Source: Thermodesulfobacteriota bacterium
Lineage (GTDB): Bacteria > Desulfobacterota_D > UBA1144 > Nemesobacterales > UBA2774
DNA: 64,000 nucleotides
NCBI GenBank assembly: GCA_965216785.1
Contig: OZ244197.1
Coordinates: 1,984,001 to 2,048,000 of the forward strand
Reading direction: 5' to 3'
This document shows positions 49,367-60,969 of the stretch, piece by piece. Every line of letters begins with the position of its first letter. Within the stretch, counting starts at the first letter, position 1. The notes below the pieces were generated by a model. It had not been told where the DNA came from. It saw nothing but the letters and a program-made list of their open reading frames with translations, and did no database searches. The position numbers and the translations under genes are program-made.

Positions 49367-49463
49367 GAGGTCCGAAGGGTGACTAAGATTCAGGAAAAAC
49401 ACTAAAGTATGAAACTGTAATTGGAATAGCCCCGTATATGAGTATTGTACGGAGGTAAACAGC

Positions 49464-50018
49464 ATGAAAGAGAACATTATAATGACGATAACGATGATAT
49501 TCGCGCTTACGGCGCTTATGCCGCTTCTCGGGGGGCAGTTCTACAGCCATTACGTGGCAAGCGCGTTTGATGAGACAAGCTATGAAAAACAGACCGACGA
49601 CGAGCTTAAAGAAAAGCTCACGCCGCTTCAGTATAAGGTGACTCAGCACGAGGGTACGGAAAGGCCGTTTAATAACGAGTACTGGGACAACAAAGAGCCG
49701 GGAATTTACGTGGATATAGTCTCGGGCGAGCCGCTGTTCAGCTCTACGGATAAGTTTCGCTCGGGAACGGGCTGGCCGAGCTTCACAAAGCCGCTTGAGG
49801 CCAAAAACGTGGTGCAGGAAAAGGACTATAAGCTTCTTGTGCCGAGAACTGAGGTAAGGAGCAAGCACGCGGACTCTCACCTGGGACACGTGTTTAAGGA
49901 CGGACCCGCTCCGACGGGGCTAAGGTATTGTATAAATTCCGCATCGCTCAGGTTTGTCCCTAAAGATAAATTGGCGGAAGAAGGGTACGGGGAATACGTA
50001 GTACTATTTGAGAACTAG
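49464..50018 (+). CDS. msrB: Peptide-methionine (R)-S-oxide reductase with export signal
   Basis: [33 protein letters not shown]. Confidence 0.95.
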   Translation: MKENIIMTITMIFALTALMPLLGGQFYSHYVASAFDETSYEKQTDDELKEKLTPLQYKVTQHEGTERPFNNEYWDNKEPGIYVDIVSGEPLFSSTDKFRSGTGWPSFTKPLEAKNVVQEKDYKLLVPRTEVRSKHADSHLGHVFKDGPAPTGLRYCINSASLRFVPKDKLAEEGYGEYVVLFEN

Positions 50019-50076
50019 ACTATCCTCCTTTAAGAAACATAGCGCCGGGGCCTGATTTCTATATAGGCTTCCGGCG

Positions 50077-50709
50077 TTATTTTAAGTGCTTATTAATCAA
50101 TTGCTCGATCAATTTAAGACTGGCCTCGGTGTCCCTGTGACCGAACCAGTGCTCAAGAATGTTCATATCTCGGTCGAAGACTACCCAGCTTGGGGTGCCG
50201 CGCATGAGATTCACGGTGAATGTGTAAGAGCCCGGGCCAAGGACCTTTAGATTCTGCATGATGTTGGCTATGGCGGTCTCCTGTTCCTCCTGACTTAAGT
50301 CCTCAAAGCCTTTTTTGGTCATACAGATCCTGCGCGCGTCCTCGGGCGTATAGAACTCTGCGGGGTCTTCTACAAACAGGTCGAGCGCGACCGGGAAGTC
50401 GATAGAGTAGGGCAGCTCGGACATGCCGTTTTCCTCAAGGTAGCGCTTGGTCTCGCCTACCAGTGTGCCGTCTTTTAAGAGCAGCTCGGCGTTTTGCTCG
50501 CTGTTATACTCAAAATCCTCAAATGCCGTAGCAAGCCCTAGCATCTTAAATCCGCCGCTGCCGTATCGCTTGTAAATCTCGCTTGCGAGCGGCAGAGCGT
50601 ATGCGAAGCAGCCCGGGCAGTTGACCTGAAACGCCAGGAGCGCGTTAAGCCCAGCGGGCTCGAATTCGCCCTGGAGAGTCTTGGAGGTTTTAAGATATAG
50701 TTTTTGCAT
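50077..50709 (-). CDS. Thioredoxin-fold protein (FQVNCPGC)
   Basis: CxxC motif, ATAFED, GTPSW. Confidence 0.75.
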   Translation of the reverse strand: MQKLYLKTSKTLQGEFEPAGLNALLAFQVNCPGCFAYALPLASEIYKRYGSGGFKMLGLATAFEDFEYNSEQNAELLLKDGTLVGETKRYLEENGMSELPYSIDFPVALDLFVEDPAEFYTPEDARRICMTKKGFEDLSQEEQETAIANIMQNLKVLGPGSYTFTVNLMRGTPSWVVFDRDMNILEHWFGHRDTEASLKLIEQLINKHLK

Positions 50710-50771
50710 AGTGCTTTCTTTATATGGGAGGCGGGCCCTTTTTTGAGCCCGCCCTTTTTGAAGGTACTAGT

Positions 50772-51524
50772 TTATTTGACTTTATAGGGTAATGAAAGGT
50801 CTCCTGAGAGAACGCCGTAGACTTCATATACGCCAAGCAGCGGGCGTTTTTCGTCTTTAGTATTGAGCTCCATATAAGCGCTGACCGCGTCGAAGTTAAA
50901 CTCTTTTTTATTGTTTATGCGCTGTGAGGGAACAAGGACTTTTATATTGTTTCCAGCGCTAACTACAGAGAATCCGGGCGAGTCCATGAACATAGGCTTA
51001 CCTGGGCTTGTCGACGGCAGTATTACAGAGGTGTCTTCCCTTTTAAACTCTATAACCGACAGCCCTCCTTTGACTCTTTCATCCGGACCCAAGACCACCC
51101 AATGCGTGTGCCAGGTTACTCCGTCATTCGCGTAATTCCCGTCATTGTTTTCATCCCAAAGAGGAGTGTCGTCAAAATCCGGGTGAGCGGCAACGGCAAG
51201 AGCCACAACACCGTCCATCTTGCTAAAACCGACGTCCTCGGATTTTAAGCTTGTTGGAAACACATATACAAGCACGGGCGCCCCGTTCAAGTCTCCGCGG
51301 GCTGTGGGCACTGTTTTGCCCGCTTGTCCTTCGACAGTTAATTCAAATACCAGCAGGTCGAGATCTTCCGTGTAGCTTACGTCCGCCGCCTTTATGTCCA
51401 TATCTTTGGTGTTAAGCGTAGCTATTTCTTCTTCCGACGCTACCTGGGCCGATGCCAAGGTGCTTACAAACATAAGTGTAATCAAAACTAAACAGCTGAA
51501 TAAAAATCTTGATGATAAAATCAT
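50772..51524 (-). CDS. Exported conserved hypothetical protein
   Basis: Signal peptide; HPDFDDTPLWDENNDG and WHTHWVVL motifs. Confidence 0.75.
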   Translation of the reverse strand: MILSSRFLFSCLVLITLMFVSTLASAQVASEEEIATLNTKDMDIKAADVSYTEDLDLLVFELTVEGQAGKTVPTARGDLNGAPVLVYVFPTSLKSEDVGFSKMDGVVALAVAAHPDFDDTPLWDENNDGNYANDGVTWHTHWVVLGPDERVKGGLSVIEFKREDTSVILPSTSPGKPMFMDSPGFSVVSAGNNIKVLVPSQRINNKKEFNFDAVSAYMELNTKDEKRPLLGVYEVYGVLSGDLSLPYKVK

Positions 51525-51611
51525 TTTTACTGCCTCCTTTTGTAGTTGATAAAATTCCGGGAAGAAGAAGGACTAGCTGCAGCAGTCCCTCATTCCCCCG
51601 GTTTGCAATGT

Positions 51612-51845
51612 CTACTTCAGATCTTCTATTGACGCTCCGAAGTTGATATGGAAGGCTTGGCCGTCCATTACAATCGCGGGTACAGACTTTACGCCCGCCT
51701 GCTCGGCTTCGGCAACACGTCCGCTCTGCTCTCCCAGGTGAACACTCTCCACATCATATTTACTTGGGTCTAAAGAGTTCGCGAGGCCGTTTTCGGCGCT
51801 GACGCATACCGGACATCCCGCGTGATAAAAAGTAGCTTTACTCAT
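51612..51845 (-). CDS. Small thioredoxin/glutaredoxin-like protein
   Basis: FYHAGCPVC, GVKSVPA; GGAGG RBS on the minus strand. Confidence 0.82.
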   Translation of the reverse strand: MSKATFYHAGCPVCVSAENGLANSLDPSKYDVESVHLGEQSGRVAEAEQAGVKSVPAIVMDGQAFHINFGASIEDLK

Positions 51846-51868
51846 AATTAATACCTCCGTTTTGTATT

Positions 51869-51933
51869 GTATCGAGTCGATACTAATAATGCCATGTCCG
51901 GAAATATTTGTCAAACTCGTATCGAGACGATAC
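51869..51933. promoter_or_regulatory. Two palindromic operators GTATCGAGWCGATAC (51869-83, 51919-33), probable MarR sites
   Basis: Perfect and near-perfect palindromes between divergent genes; second overlaps TTGTCA-17-TACAAT promoter. Confidence 0.7.
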
Positions 51934-51945
51934 AATATAAGCAAT

Positions 51946-52527
51946 ATGGAATCTCAAAGAATAGCTTCTCTCGTTGAACGCCTGGGTAACCTGCTCCGCT
52001 CTGAAGACCGGGTAGCGGGCTCCGGCGCGGGGCTACAGCCCATACACATGCAGATACTCCGCTACTTGTCTGTTTGCAACAGGTACAGCGACACGCCCGC
52101 CGGGGTGGGGGAGTTTGTGGGCGCTACGAAGGGCACTACTTCACAGAGTATCAACGTGCTCGAAAGAAAGGGGTATCTAAAAAAGCGTCCTGACAACGAG
52201 GACGGGCGCATAGTGCACCTTGCTCTTACGGCCAAAGCGCGGCGTTTTATAGAGAAGGAATTTCCTCCGGCTGAATTTTCGGAAGCGGTAACGGCTATGA
52301 GGCCCGGAGACGGGGCAAAATTATCTGAGCTCTTGAATGAATTGCTCGTACTCCTTCAGAGGCAGAACGAAGGAATTGCTTTTGGCGTATGCAACACATG
52401 CCGCTACTTCAAAAGAGACGGGCTTGCGGATTCCCACCAATGCGGGCTGACAGGTGAGCCTCTTGCCGAGCACGAAAGCTTTATGATCTGCCGAGAGCAC
52501 GAATACCCCTCTGAAAAGGCTGTTTAG
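51946..52527 (+). CDS. MarR-family regulator with Cys-rich C-terminus
   Basis: TKGTTSQSI..LE.KGY...DGR...L.LT; FGVCNTC...HQC...ICREH. Confidence 0.85.
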   Translation: MESQRIASLVERLGNLLRSEDRVAGSGAGLQPIHMQILRYLSVCNRYSDTPAGVGEFVGATKGTTSQSINVLERKGYLKKRPDNEDGRIVHLALTAKARRFIEKEFPPAEFSEAVTAMRPGDGAKLSELLNELLVLLQRQNEGIAFGVCNTCRYFKRDGLADSHQCGLTGEPLAEHESFMICREHEYPSEKAV

Positions 52528-52635
52528 TATCTCTATAGCTTTCCAACCATTTTAGGATTGACACGGAAACAAAATTAAAGTAGTTCTTAGGTAATGGGAC
52601 GATGTTCCCAATTTTATTTATAAGAGGATGATAAG

Positions 52636-53007
52636 ATGGCGCTTACCGCACAGATGAAAGAAAGAGAGCCCGGAGTGATTGTATTCACGCCCTCAGGGAG
52701 TCTTGACACAAATACCTATCAGATATTAGAGGCCAGGGTGGATGACGCGCTCCGCCAATCGCCAAGTACTGTGGTGTTCGACATGGCGGACCTCGAATAC
52801 ATAAGCAGTATGGGACTTCGCGTAATTCTCAAAGCCCAAAAGAACATGAAGCAGCTTGGCGGAAGCGTGCTGCTATTGAACATGCAGCCCCAGATAGAAA
52901 AGGTATTTGAGATCGTAAACGCCCTTCCTTCATTCACTATATTCAAAGACACCGAAGAGATGGACTCTTACCTGGATAAGATGCAGAAGAAAGCGCTTGA
53001 GGAGTGA
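52636..53007 (+). CDS. STAS-domain anti-sigma factor antagonist
   Basis: GSLD, FDMADLEYISSMGLRV. Confidence 0.9.
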   Translation: MALTAQMKEREPGVIVFTPSGSLDTNTYQILEARVDDALRQSPSTVVFDMADLEYISSMGLRVILKAQKNMKQLGGSVLLLNMQPQIEKVFEIVNALPSFTIFKDTEEMDSYLDKMQKKALEE

Positions 53008-53050
53008 CTATTTCTCTTCGTGGCTAAACTAATTCATAACGCCGGATTAT

Positions 53051-53235
53051 TCACCCCCACCTTTAATCCTCCCCCCCTCAAGGGGGAGGAAATATAATTA
53101 AGACAATAGATGAGATCCCGGATCAAGTCCGGGATGACAAGTAATATACTGTCATTGCGAGCGTAGTGAAGCAATCTCCTGGGTCTTGACAGCAAATTCA
53201 GCAAGAGAGATTGCAGCGGATCCTTCGGAGCCTCG
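53051..53235. repeat. Cluster of three REP/RPE-like palindromic elements between convergent genes
   Basis: TCCTCCCCCCCTCAAGGGGGAGGA; ATCCCGGATCAAGTCCGGGATGAC; GTCATTGCGAG..GAAGCAATCTC...GAGATTGC. Confidence 0.7.
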
Positions 53236-53237
53236 TA

Positions 53238-54617
53238 TTAAATAACAAGCTCGGTGTTGGAATAGGCCGAGAACCAGCCGAACCAGAACGCTCTATGGGC
53301 GGGGAGCCTGAAGAGTTCCTCACCACTTGGGGACACGAGCTTTGATTCCGTCACAGACCATTTTGCGCCGCTTGCATCGGTCGCAATAGTCTCTTGGTCC
53401 CAAGTCTGAAACCTATTTCCTTTTGTTTCATACACCCTGGAAGCGCCGGATTTATCTGTTAGTACGACGAATTCTAAGTCCCCTACATTCTTGTGAAATA
53501 CCGGGTTTTCGGATAGGAACTCGACCCCTATCGCAAGGGGCTTGTCGGGATGCTGGCTGAATACGAGACCCAGGACCTCATCTTTATTTTTCAGCCGCCT
53601 GTCTAGCTTGGGGACACCAAACATAAGCTCGTCTGTGGCGAAATACTCCCTGTATGCCGCGCCCTCGTCGTAGTCTCTTTTGTGGCCCGTGTCCAGTGAT
53701 AGAACTTTTGTGCCCGGGTGGCGTTTCTTCCACTCACCCCATGTGGTTGTAACGATGCCCATACGCTCAAGCTCTATGTCTTTGCCGACCAGCTTTCCGA
53801 TGACCGGCCTTCCCCAAAGGGTATTCCACAGAGACTGCGTTTCCTTGTCGTACATGAGCTTGTTCGAGCGGTATAAAAAGCCGCTTGTGCCGATCTGGTG
53901 ATTCACTCCGTTATGCTCTGTTTTATAAAGGATCATAGAGCCGCAGAGTGTGCAGTACACCCCCGCGACAGGCACGCCGCCTACCTCGTCTACAAACATC
54001 TCATGCCAGGCCATGATGCGCTTGGGATAAGCTCTTGCGTCCCCGTTTACCTCTAGGCCGAACACGATGTTCGAGTCCTCTAAATACTTAGCGTCTTTCG
54101 CGGCTATCATCTTGGGCTGTCTTAACGGCGGTATGCCGTCCTGCTTAACACCTCCCCACCTGACCTCGTCTAGCCTGATCTCTGTAGGATATTCGCTTGA
54201 GAAGTAGCCTTTGAATTTTGGGTCTATGAGTCCGTACAGGAGCGCCTTGAACTCGGGGTACGAGGGGTGTTTCTGCTCGTCCTGGTTCCATATCCATTCA
54301 TACCATTTGTCTATTTGATAACCGTTTTTCTGCCCCGTTTTTTCTTCCAGGGTCTTTACAAGCTCGCCCGTAAACTCCGGGTCGCGGGTGAGGTAGATGA
54401 CCTCTACCATCATAATCGCGAATGACGGCTCCCAGTTCTCTTGTATATATTCGAGTGCCTTTTCTCTATCCCCGGGAGGGGCAATGAGGAGCGCCAGAAA
54501 GGAGGCCGGGACCATGTCCTCGTCTGATATCTTTTCCTGTGCTTGTGCTTTGTTAGCAGCTCCAAAGCTTCCAATAACTAAAATTACTAGCAATACAATA
54601 GAGTGAAAGTTCATCAT
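53238..54617 (-). CDS. DUF3179-family exported protein
   Basis: WGGVKQDGIPPL, RAYP.RIM.WHE, YCTLCGS, SGFLYRSN..MYD..T.SLW, AFWFGW. Confidence 0.85.
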   Translation of the reverse strand: MMNFHSIVLLVILVIGSFGAANKAQAQEKISDEDMVPASFLALLIAPPGDREKALEYIQENWEPSFAIMMVEVIYLTRDPEFTGELVKTLEEKTGQKNGYQIDKWYEWIWNQDEQKHPSYPEFKALLYGLIDPKFKGYFSSEYPTEIRLDEVRWGGVKQDGIPPLRQPKMIAAKDAKYLEDSNIVFGLEVNGDARAYPKRIMAWHEMFVDEVGGVPVAGVYCTLCGSMILYKTEHNGVNHQIGTSGFLYRSNKLMYDKETQSLWNTLWGRPVIGKLVGKDIELERMGIVTTTWGEWKKRHPGTKVLSLDTGHKRDYDEGAAYREYFATDELMFGVPKLDRRLKNKDEVLGLVFSQHPDKPLAIGVEFLSENPVFHKNVGDLEFVVLTDKSGASRVYETKGNRFQTWDQETIATDASGAKWSVTESKLVSPSGEELFRLPAHRAFWFGWFSAYSNTELVI

Positions 54618-54880
54618 GTGAGATTAGATGGTTTATGTATGAAAAAGAAGCGAATGATTTTATGATTAGTTTGAGAATCGGCAAGCTGTAAATATAGCTC
54701 CAGCATCCTAATACTGTCTTTACACATCTCATAGTACATAGAATAATAAGCTTGAATATTCCGGCACAGTGTATAAGTTTTCTCTAAATCTTATAACCGG
54801 GTATAATTATTCTTCCAATTGAGTAATAAATACTTCAAAATATTGGTAAAAATCACACATTTATAAAAGAGGTCTGTAAT

Positions 54881-56188
54881 ATGAAAGTCGATATAGAGAA
54901 TATAAGCGGGACAGAGAGGAAGATGAGCGTTGTGCTCCCGCTGGAACAGGTGCAGGAAATAAGATCGAAAGTTTTTGATGAGATAAGACAGAGCGCGAAA
55001 ATAAAGGGATTTCGCCCGGGGAAGGCTCCGGTGAACGTAATCGAATCCGCGTATAAAAACGAGATTCTTTCAGAAGTGGCGACAAGGCTCGTGCACAATT
55101 CGCTCGAGAGCGCGCTAAATGAGGTGGACGCGTCCCCTATCAGCAGACCTCATATCGACCCGCCAAAGGAATTTACAACGGATAAAGACTTTGAATACAC
55201 GGCTACTTTTGAAGTGCTTCCGGAAATAAAGCTTGCGGAATACAAAGGGCTCGAGCTTAAAAAAGAAGTCGGTGAAGTGAGCGAACACGACGTGGAGCAC
55301 GCTCTAAAGCACCTTCAGGAGCACAAGGCCGAGGTTAAGCCGTATGAAAAGAAAAAGGCAATCAAAAAAGGTGACATCGCTGTCATCGACTTTGAAGGAA
55401 CTCTTGACGGAGAGCCTATCGAAGACCTAAAGCGGCAGGACGTACCGTTCGTTGTGGGCGAGGAAAAGATGATCCCCGAGTTTGAAGAAAGCGTGCTGGG
55501 GATGAAAAAGGGAGAAGAAAAGGAGTTAGACGTAACTTACGACGAGGATTTTCAGATAGAAGAGGCCGCGGGAAAGACTGTGAACTTTAAAGTCACGGTA
55601 AAAGACGTGCAGCAGAGAATATTGCCTGAGCTCAACGACGAGCTGGCTAAAGAGATAGGCGTTGACGACCTTAAGGGTCTTAAAGAAAAGGTAAAGAGTG
55701 ATCTTGGAAATCAGCTCGATCAGCAGTCACAGACTAAGCTGCGGGCGGACCTGCTGGACGTACTTGTAGAGAAAAACCCAGTGGACGCGCCGCCGAGTCT
55801 GGTGCACGAAGAAGCCATGAGGCTGGCCCAGGGCATACAGCAGGGTATGCAGCAGCGCGGGCTGCCCGAGAGGGAGCTTGACGAAGAGGCTCAGAGGATG
55901 GTCGCGGAGCGCGCGGTTAGAAATGTAAAGGCCTCGATTGTGCTCGGAGAGATCTCAAGGGCCGAGGAAATTAAGGTCTCGGATGAGGATATAAATGAAA
56001 ATCTCGCGGGTATAGCGCAGAACTACAATATATCCGTTGATCAGGTGCGCGACATATATCAAGAGAATAAACTCCTGGAAGGTCTGGAAGCAAACCTCGC
56101 GGAGCAGAAAGTTATTGATTTTATTATAGAAAACGCCAAAATCGAGGAGGTTAAAGCAGAGCTAAATCACGTTGACAATAAAGACTGA
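54881..56188 (+). CDS. tig: Trigger factor
   Basis: GFRPGKAP signature, FKBP domain, precedes clpP. Confidence 0.96.
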   Translation: MKVDIENISGTERKMSVVLPLEQVQEIRSKVFDEIRQSAKIKGFRPGKAPVNVIESAYKNEILSEVATRLVHNSLESALNEVDASPISRPHIDPPKEFTTDKDFEYTATFEVLPEIKLAEYKGLELKKEVGEVSEHDVEHALKHLQEHKAEVKPYEKKKAIKKGDIAVIDFEGTLDGEPIEDLKRQDVPFVVGEEKMIPEFEESVLGMKKGEEKELDVTYDEDFQIEEAAGKTVNFKVTVKDVQQRILPELNDELAKEIGVDDLKGLKEKVKSDLGNQLDQQSQTKLRADLLDVLVEKNPVDAPPSLVHEEAMRLAQGIQQGMQQRGLPERELDEEAQRMVAERAVRNVKASIVLGEISRAEEIKVSDEDINENLAGIAQNYNISVDQVRDIYQENKLLEGLEANLAEQKVIDFIIENAKIEEVKAELNHVDNKD

Positions 56189-56208
56189 ACTCTGTATACT
56201 CAAAAATA

Positions 56209-56808
56209 ATGTCCAGCTACGTTCCCATTGTAATTGAACAGACCAGCAGAGGCGAGAGGGCATATGACATTTTTTCCCGGTTATTAAAAGACAGGATTGT
56301 TTTTATCGGGTCCGCGATTAATGACGCCGTGGCAGATACCGTTATAGCTCAGCTACTGTTTTTGGAATCCGAAAATCCTGAAAAAGACATATATATCTAC
56401 GTTAATTCTCCAGGCGGACACGTGACATCAGGGCTAGCGATCTATGACACAATACAGTATGTGAAACCGGATGTGGCAACGATGTGCATCGGTCAGGCGG
56501 CGAGCATGGCGGCAGTGCTTTTAGCGGCAGGGGCAAAGGGTAAGCGTTATGCGCTCCCGCACGCAAGGGTGATGCTGCATCAGGTACTCGGCGGAGTGGA
56601 AGGACAGGCGACGGATATAGAGATACACGCAAAAGAAATCCTCAGGATTCGTGAGGAGCTGAACAACATACTGGCAAAGCATACGAGCCAGCCGATTGAG
56701 AAGATTTCATTGGACACGGAGCGCGATTTTTTCCTCCGGCCAAAAGACGCCTTAGATTATGGGCTGGTAGATGCTATAATTACAAATAGAGAGGAGGCTG
56801 AAAAGTGA
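56209..56808 (+). CDS. clpP: ATP-dependent Clp protease proteolytic subunit
   Basis: [27 protein letters not shown]. Confidence 0.98.
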   Translation: MSSYVPIVIEQTSRGERAYDIFSRLLKDRIVFIGSAINDAVADTVIAQLLFLESENPEKDIYIYVNSPGGHVTSGLAIYDTIQYVKPDVATMCIGQAASMAAVLLAAGAKGKRYALPHARVMLHQVLGGVEGQATDIEIHAKEILRIREELNNILAKHTSQPIEKISLDTERDFFLRPKDALDYGLVDAIITNREEAEK

Positions 56809-58082
56809 CTTCGAGACGGGACGCAAAAGAGGGAAAACTCTACTGCTCTTTTTGCGGAAAGAGCCAAAAAGAAGTAAGAAAGCTTATTGCCGGGCCTACC
56901 GTTTATATTTGTAACGAATGTATTGAGCTCTGCAATGAAATAATAGCCGATGAAGACGCCAAAGAAGGCGTCCTCAAAAAGAAATATTCCACCCTTCCTA
57001 CGCCTTCACAGATTAAGAAGTTTTTGGACGAATATGTGATCGGCCAGGAAAGCGCTAAAAAGATACTTTCCGTAGCGGTTTATAACCACTACAAAAGGGT
57101 AGAGCTAAACGCCTATACGAACAGCAAGAAAAACGCGGACGTAGAGGTGCAGAAGAGTAACATACTCATGATTGGTCCTACGGGTAGCGGTAAGACGCTG
57201 CTCGCTCAGACACTTGCCCGTCTGCTCGACGTGCCGTTCACAATCGTGGACGCCACATGCTACACCGAGGCCGGGTACGTGGGCGAGGACGTTGAGAACA
57301 TGATCGTAAGCCTGCTTCAAGCAGCGGATTATGACCTTGAAAGGGCTTCTAAAGGTATTATATATATAGATGAGATTGACAAGCTTGCGCGCAAAACCGG
57401 GGACAGCCCTTCGATAACAAGGGACGTTTCGGGTGAGGGAGTGCAGCAGGCTTTACTAAAAATTATGGAAGGTACCAAGGCAAATGTACCGCCCAAAGGC
57501 GGAAGAAAACATCCTCAGCAGGAGTTCCTGCAGATTGATACGACAAATATTCTCTTTGTCTGCGGGGGAGCGTTCTGCGGGCTTGAAGATTTAATCAAGC
57601 AGAGGATTGGTGAAAAATCGATTGGGTTTGAAGCTAATCTTGGAAATGTAGATGAAATGGACCTGGGAGCGGTTCTTAAGGAAGTGCAGCCGGAGGACCA
57701 GATACAGTTCGGGCTAATACCCGAGTTTGTTGGCCGAATTCCGGTGGTAGCCACTCTTGAGGAGCTTAGCGAAGAGTCTTTTGTCGAGATTCTTACAAAA
57801 CCCAAAAACGCTATCATTAAGCAGTTCCAGAAACTCATGGAGCTTGAAGGAGTCGAGCTTGAAGTTACAGACGGCGCGCTGATTGAGATCGCTAAGGAAG
57901 CGATCGCGAGAAAAACCGGCGCCCGAGGGCTCAGAGCTATTATAGAGACCGTTATGCTCGATATATCCTACGAGGTTCCGTCACTGAAAGGGCTTACGCG
58001 TTGTGTAATAACGGAGGAAGTCATCAACGGTACGGGCGAGCCTCTATTTATCTATGAAGAGGAAGCCCGCTTAGGTACTTAG
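56805..58082 (+). CDS. clpX: ATP-dependent Clp protease ATP-binding subunit
   Basis: CSFCGK zinc finger, [27 protein letters not shown] loop. Confidence 0.98.
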   Translation: MTSRRDAKEGKLYCSFCGKSQKEVRKLIAGPTVYICNECIELCNEIIADEDAKEGVLKKKYSTLPTPSQIKKFLDEYVIGQESAKKILSVAVYNHYKRVELNAYTNSKKNADVEVQKSNILMIGPTGSGKTLLAQTLARLLDVPFTIVDATCYTEAGYVGEDVENMIVSLLQAADYDLERASKGIIYIDEIDKLARKTGDSPSITRDVSGEGVQQALLKIMEGTKANVPPKGGRKHPQQEFLQIDTTNILFVCGGAFCGLEDLIKQRIGEKSIGFEANLGNVDEMDLGAVLKEVQPEDQIQFGLIPEFVGRIPVVATLEELSEESFVEILTKPKNAIIKQFQKLMELEGVELEVTDGALIEIAKEAIARKTGARGLRAIIETVMLDISYEVPSLKGLTRCVITEEVINGTGEPLFIYEEEARLGT

Positions 58083-58112
58083 GATGTAATTCCAGCAGTC
58101 AAGGAGAATGCC

Positions 58113-60542
58113 ATGCCAATGTTCTTTAAGAATGAAGAGGGCAAGGGGCAAATCGAGACCTTACCGCTATTGCCGTTAAGGGACGTCGTTATATTTCCTT
58201 ATATGGTGGCACCGCTATTCGTGGGGCGCGAGAAGTCTATACGCGCGCTCGAAGAGGCGATGAAAAAGAATAAGGAAATATTCCTTGTCGCTCAGAGGGA
58301 TGCTAAGACGAACGATCCTTCGGAGAAGGATATTTATGAAATCGGAACGATTGGAACGATAGTGCAGATGCTGAGATTGCCCGACGGCACCGTAAAAGTG
58401 CTGGTAGAAGGCAAGAAGAGGGCACGCATACATAACTATGTACCGCAGAAAAGCTATTTCCTCGTAGAGGTTGAGGAAGTGCCTGAGCCCGATGAGCTGG
58501 GTGTTGAGACGGAAGCGCTCATACGCACCCTCATTACAGCGTTTGAAAACTATGTGAAACTGAACAAAAAAATACCGTCCGAGGTACTAGTCACAGTCTC
58601 TTCGATTGAAGAGGCCGGGCGCCTTTCGGACACTATATCCTCACACCTCGGGTTTAAGCTCGAGGACAAGCAGGAGATATTGGAAACTCTGGACCCGGCT
58701 GAGAGGCTCGAGAAGATTTACGAGAAGATTCAGGCCGAAGTTGAGATCCTGCAGATAGAAAAGAAGATACGCTCCCGCGTCAAAAAGCAGATGGAAAAGG
58801 CGCAGAAGGAGTACTATCTGACCGAGCAGATGAGGGCTATTCAGAAAGAGCTCGGTGAAAAGGACGACCTTAAATCGGAGCTTCAGGAGTTTGAAGAGAA
58901 GCTAAAGAGTAAGAACATGCCTGAAGAGGCCGAGGAAAAGGTCAAAAAAGAGATAAAGAAACTAAAGCAGATGTCGCCTATGTCGGCTGAAGCCACTGTG
59001 GTCAGAAACTACATTGATTGGCTTCTCGCGATCCCGTGGACTGATGAAATGACAGAGGACAGGATCGACATAGACGAGGCGCAAAAGATACTTGACGAAG
59101 ACCACTTCGGCCTTGAAAAGCCAAAAGAAAGGATAATCGAGTATCTTGCCGTGCAGGCCCTTACTTCTAAAATCAAGGGGCCGATACTGTGCTTAGTAGG
59201 TCCTCCCGGAGTGGGTAAGACCTCTCTCGCTAAATCTATCGCTCGCTCGATGGGGCGTAAGTTCGTACGCGTATCCCTGGGTGGAGTGAGGGATGAAGCT
59301 GAGATCCGAGGGCACCGCCGCACATACATCGGCGCTATGCCCGGGAAGATTATTCAGGGAATAAGAAAAGCGGGGACTACGAACCCTGTGTTTCTGCTCG
59401 ACGAAATAGACAAGCTCGGAATGGACTTTAGGGGAGACCCGGCTTCGGCACTGCTGGAGGCGCTCGACCCTGAGCAGAATAACGCGTTTAACGACCATTA
59501 CGTTGAGCTCGATTACGATCTTTCAAACGTAATGTTTATTACGACAGCTAACGTTCTTCATACTATCCCCTGGGCGCTCCAGGACCGTATGGAGATAATA
59601 AGAATATCGGGTTACACCGAGGACGAGAAGCTTGAGATTGCGAAGAAATTCCTGATCCCCAAGCAGAGAGAGTCTCACGGTTTAAAGAAAGAGAACTTGA
59701 AGCTCTCTGACAACGCTGTGCTCGAAGTAATCAGGCGATACACAAGAGAAGCCGGCGTAAGGACGCTCGAGCGTGAAGTAGCTACCCTTTGCAGGAAGGC
59801 GGCGCGCGATATCGTCAAGAAAGGAGCTGACCATACTGTAAAGATCAGCCCTTCGGTACTTCAGAAGCAGAGCTTTTTGGGTATACCGAAGTTTAAGTAC
59901 GGCGAGATCGAAGAAAAGGACCATGTCGGGATGTCGACAGGGCTCGCCTGGACTGAAGTAGGCGGCGAGCTGCTTACGATTGAGGTCTCGGTAGTTCCCG
60001 GTAAGGGCAATTTCACCGTTACGGGTAAGCTGGGTGAAGTGATGCAGGAGTCCACACAGGCCGCTATGAGCTATGTACGCTCTAGGGCCGATAGACTTGG
60101 CCTCGAGCGGAACTTCCATCAGAAAGTGGATGTTCACATTCACGTACCCGAGGGCGCGACGCCCAAGGACGGACCTTCTGCGGGTATAGCAATATCTACG
60201 GCAATAGTGTCCGCTCTTATACGCAAGCCCGTGAAGCACGACGTCGCCATGACAGGTGAGATTACCCTAAGAGGAAGGGTGCTTCCGATCGGCGGGCTCA
60301 AAGAGAAGATTCTCGCTGCCCACCGGGGTAAAGTGAAGACAGTGATCATACCTCAGGAGAACGAGAAAGACCTTAAAGACATAAGGGACAATATCTTGAA
60401 GGACATAAACGTTGTTCTTGTCGAGCACATGGACAACGTGCTGGACGCGGCCATCGTTTCAGACGGCCCGGTGCTTCAGGAAATCGTTATTCCGCCTCCG
60501 ACCATGACAATGGGCGATGAGGTTGGGGCTAACGTTAATTAG
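58113..60542 (+). CDS. lon: Endopeptidase La
   Basis: [29 protein letters not shown]. Confidence 0.98.
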   Translation: MPMFFKNEEGKGQIETLPLLPLRDVVIFPYMVAPLFVGREKSIRALEEAMKKNKEIFLVAQRDAKTNDPSEKDIYEIGTIGTIVQMLRLPDGTVKVLVEGKKRARIHNYVPQKSYFLVEVEEVPEPDELGVETEALIRTLITAFENYVKLNKKIPSEVLVTVSSIEEAGRLSDTISSHLGFKLEDKQEILETLDPAERLEKIYEKIQAEVEILQIEKKIRSRVKKQMEKAQKEYYLTEQMRAIQKELGEKDDLKSELQEFEEKLKSKNMPEEAEEKVKKEIKKLKQMSPMSAEATVVRNYIDWLLAIPWTDEMTEDRIDIDEAQKILDEDHFGLEKPKERIIEYLAVQALTSKIKGPILCLVGPPGVGKTSLAKSIARSMGRKFVRVSLGGVRDEAEIRGHRRTYIGAMPGKIIQGIRKAGTTNPVFLLDEIDKLGMDFRGDPASALLEALDPEQNNAFNDHYVELDYDLSNVMFITTANVLHTIPWALQDRMEIIRISGYTEDEKLEIAKKFLIPKQRESHGLKKENLKLSDNAVLEVIRRYTREAGVRTLEREVATLCRKAARDIVKKGADHTVKISPSVLQKQSFLGIPKFKYGEIEEKDHVGMSTGLAWTEVGGELLTIEVSVVPGKGNFTVTGKLGEVMQESTQAAMSYVRSRADRLGLERNFHQKVDVHIHVPEGATPKDGPSAGIAISTAIVSALIRKPVKHDVAMTGEITLRGRVLPIGGLKEKILAAHRGKVKTVIIPQENEKDLKDIRDNILKDINVVLVEHMDNVLDAAIVSDGPVLQEIVIPPPTMTMGDEVGANVN

Positions 60543-60567
60543 AAAAAAGGTAGTTTGAAAAGTTTTT

Positions 60568-60599
60568 AAGGGGGCTTAATTCTAAGCCCCCTTTTTTTT
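60568..60599 (+). terminator. Rho-independent terminator after lon
   Basis: AAGGGGGCTTA / TAAGCCCCCTT stem plus T-tract. Confidence 0.85.
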
Positions 60600-60749
60600 A
60601 TACGCTAAGCTTATGAAAACCGAGCTTTTATATGTTGAAAACGGTTAAAAATTGTAATTACAGTGTAGACAAGACGGTGAAATTCAGTTATATATTTATC
60701 CCTCTGTGTTACTCCGGATATTAAGTTTTTGTTACCAGAGTATATGCAC

Positions 60750-60824
60750 GGGCGGTTAGCTCAGCGGGAGAGCGCTTGCCTTACAAGCAAGATGTCACAG
60801 GTTCAAATCCTGTACCGCCCACCA
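60750..60824 (+). tRNA. tRNA-Val(TAC)
   Basis: GGGCGGT/ACCGCCC acceptor, CTTGC-CTTACAA-GCAAG, CCA. Confidence 0.96.
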
Positions 60825-60842
60825 CACGAAAAACTTCGCTGC

Positions 60843-60920
60843 GGAGCCGTAGTTCAGCACGGTTAGAACGCTGGCCTGTCAAGCCAGAGGTCGCGGGTTC
60901 AACTCCCGTCGGCTCCGCCA
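60843..60920 (+). tRNA. tRNA-Asp(GTC)
   Basis: GGAGCCG/CGGCTCC acceptor, CTGGC-CTGTCAA-GCCAG, CCA. Confidence 0.96.
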
Positions 60921-60969
60921 CTTTTCTTTTCTAGGTATTTTCCGTATATTCATGGTTTAGGAGATTTAC

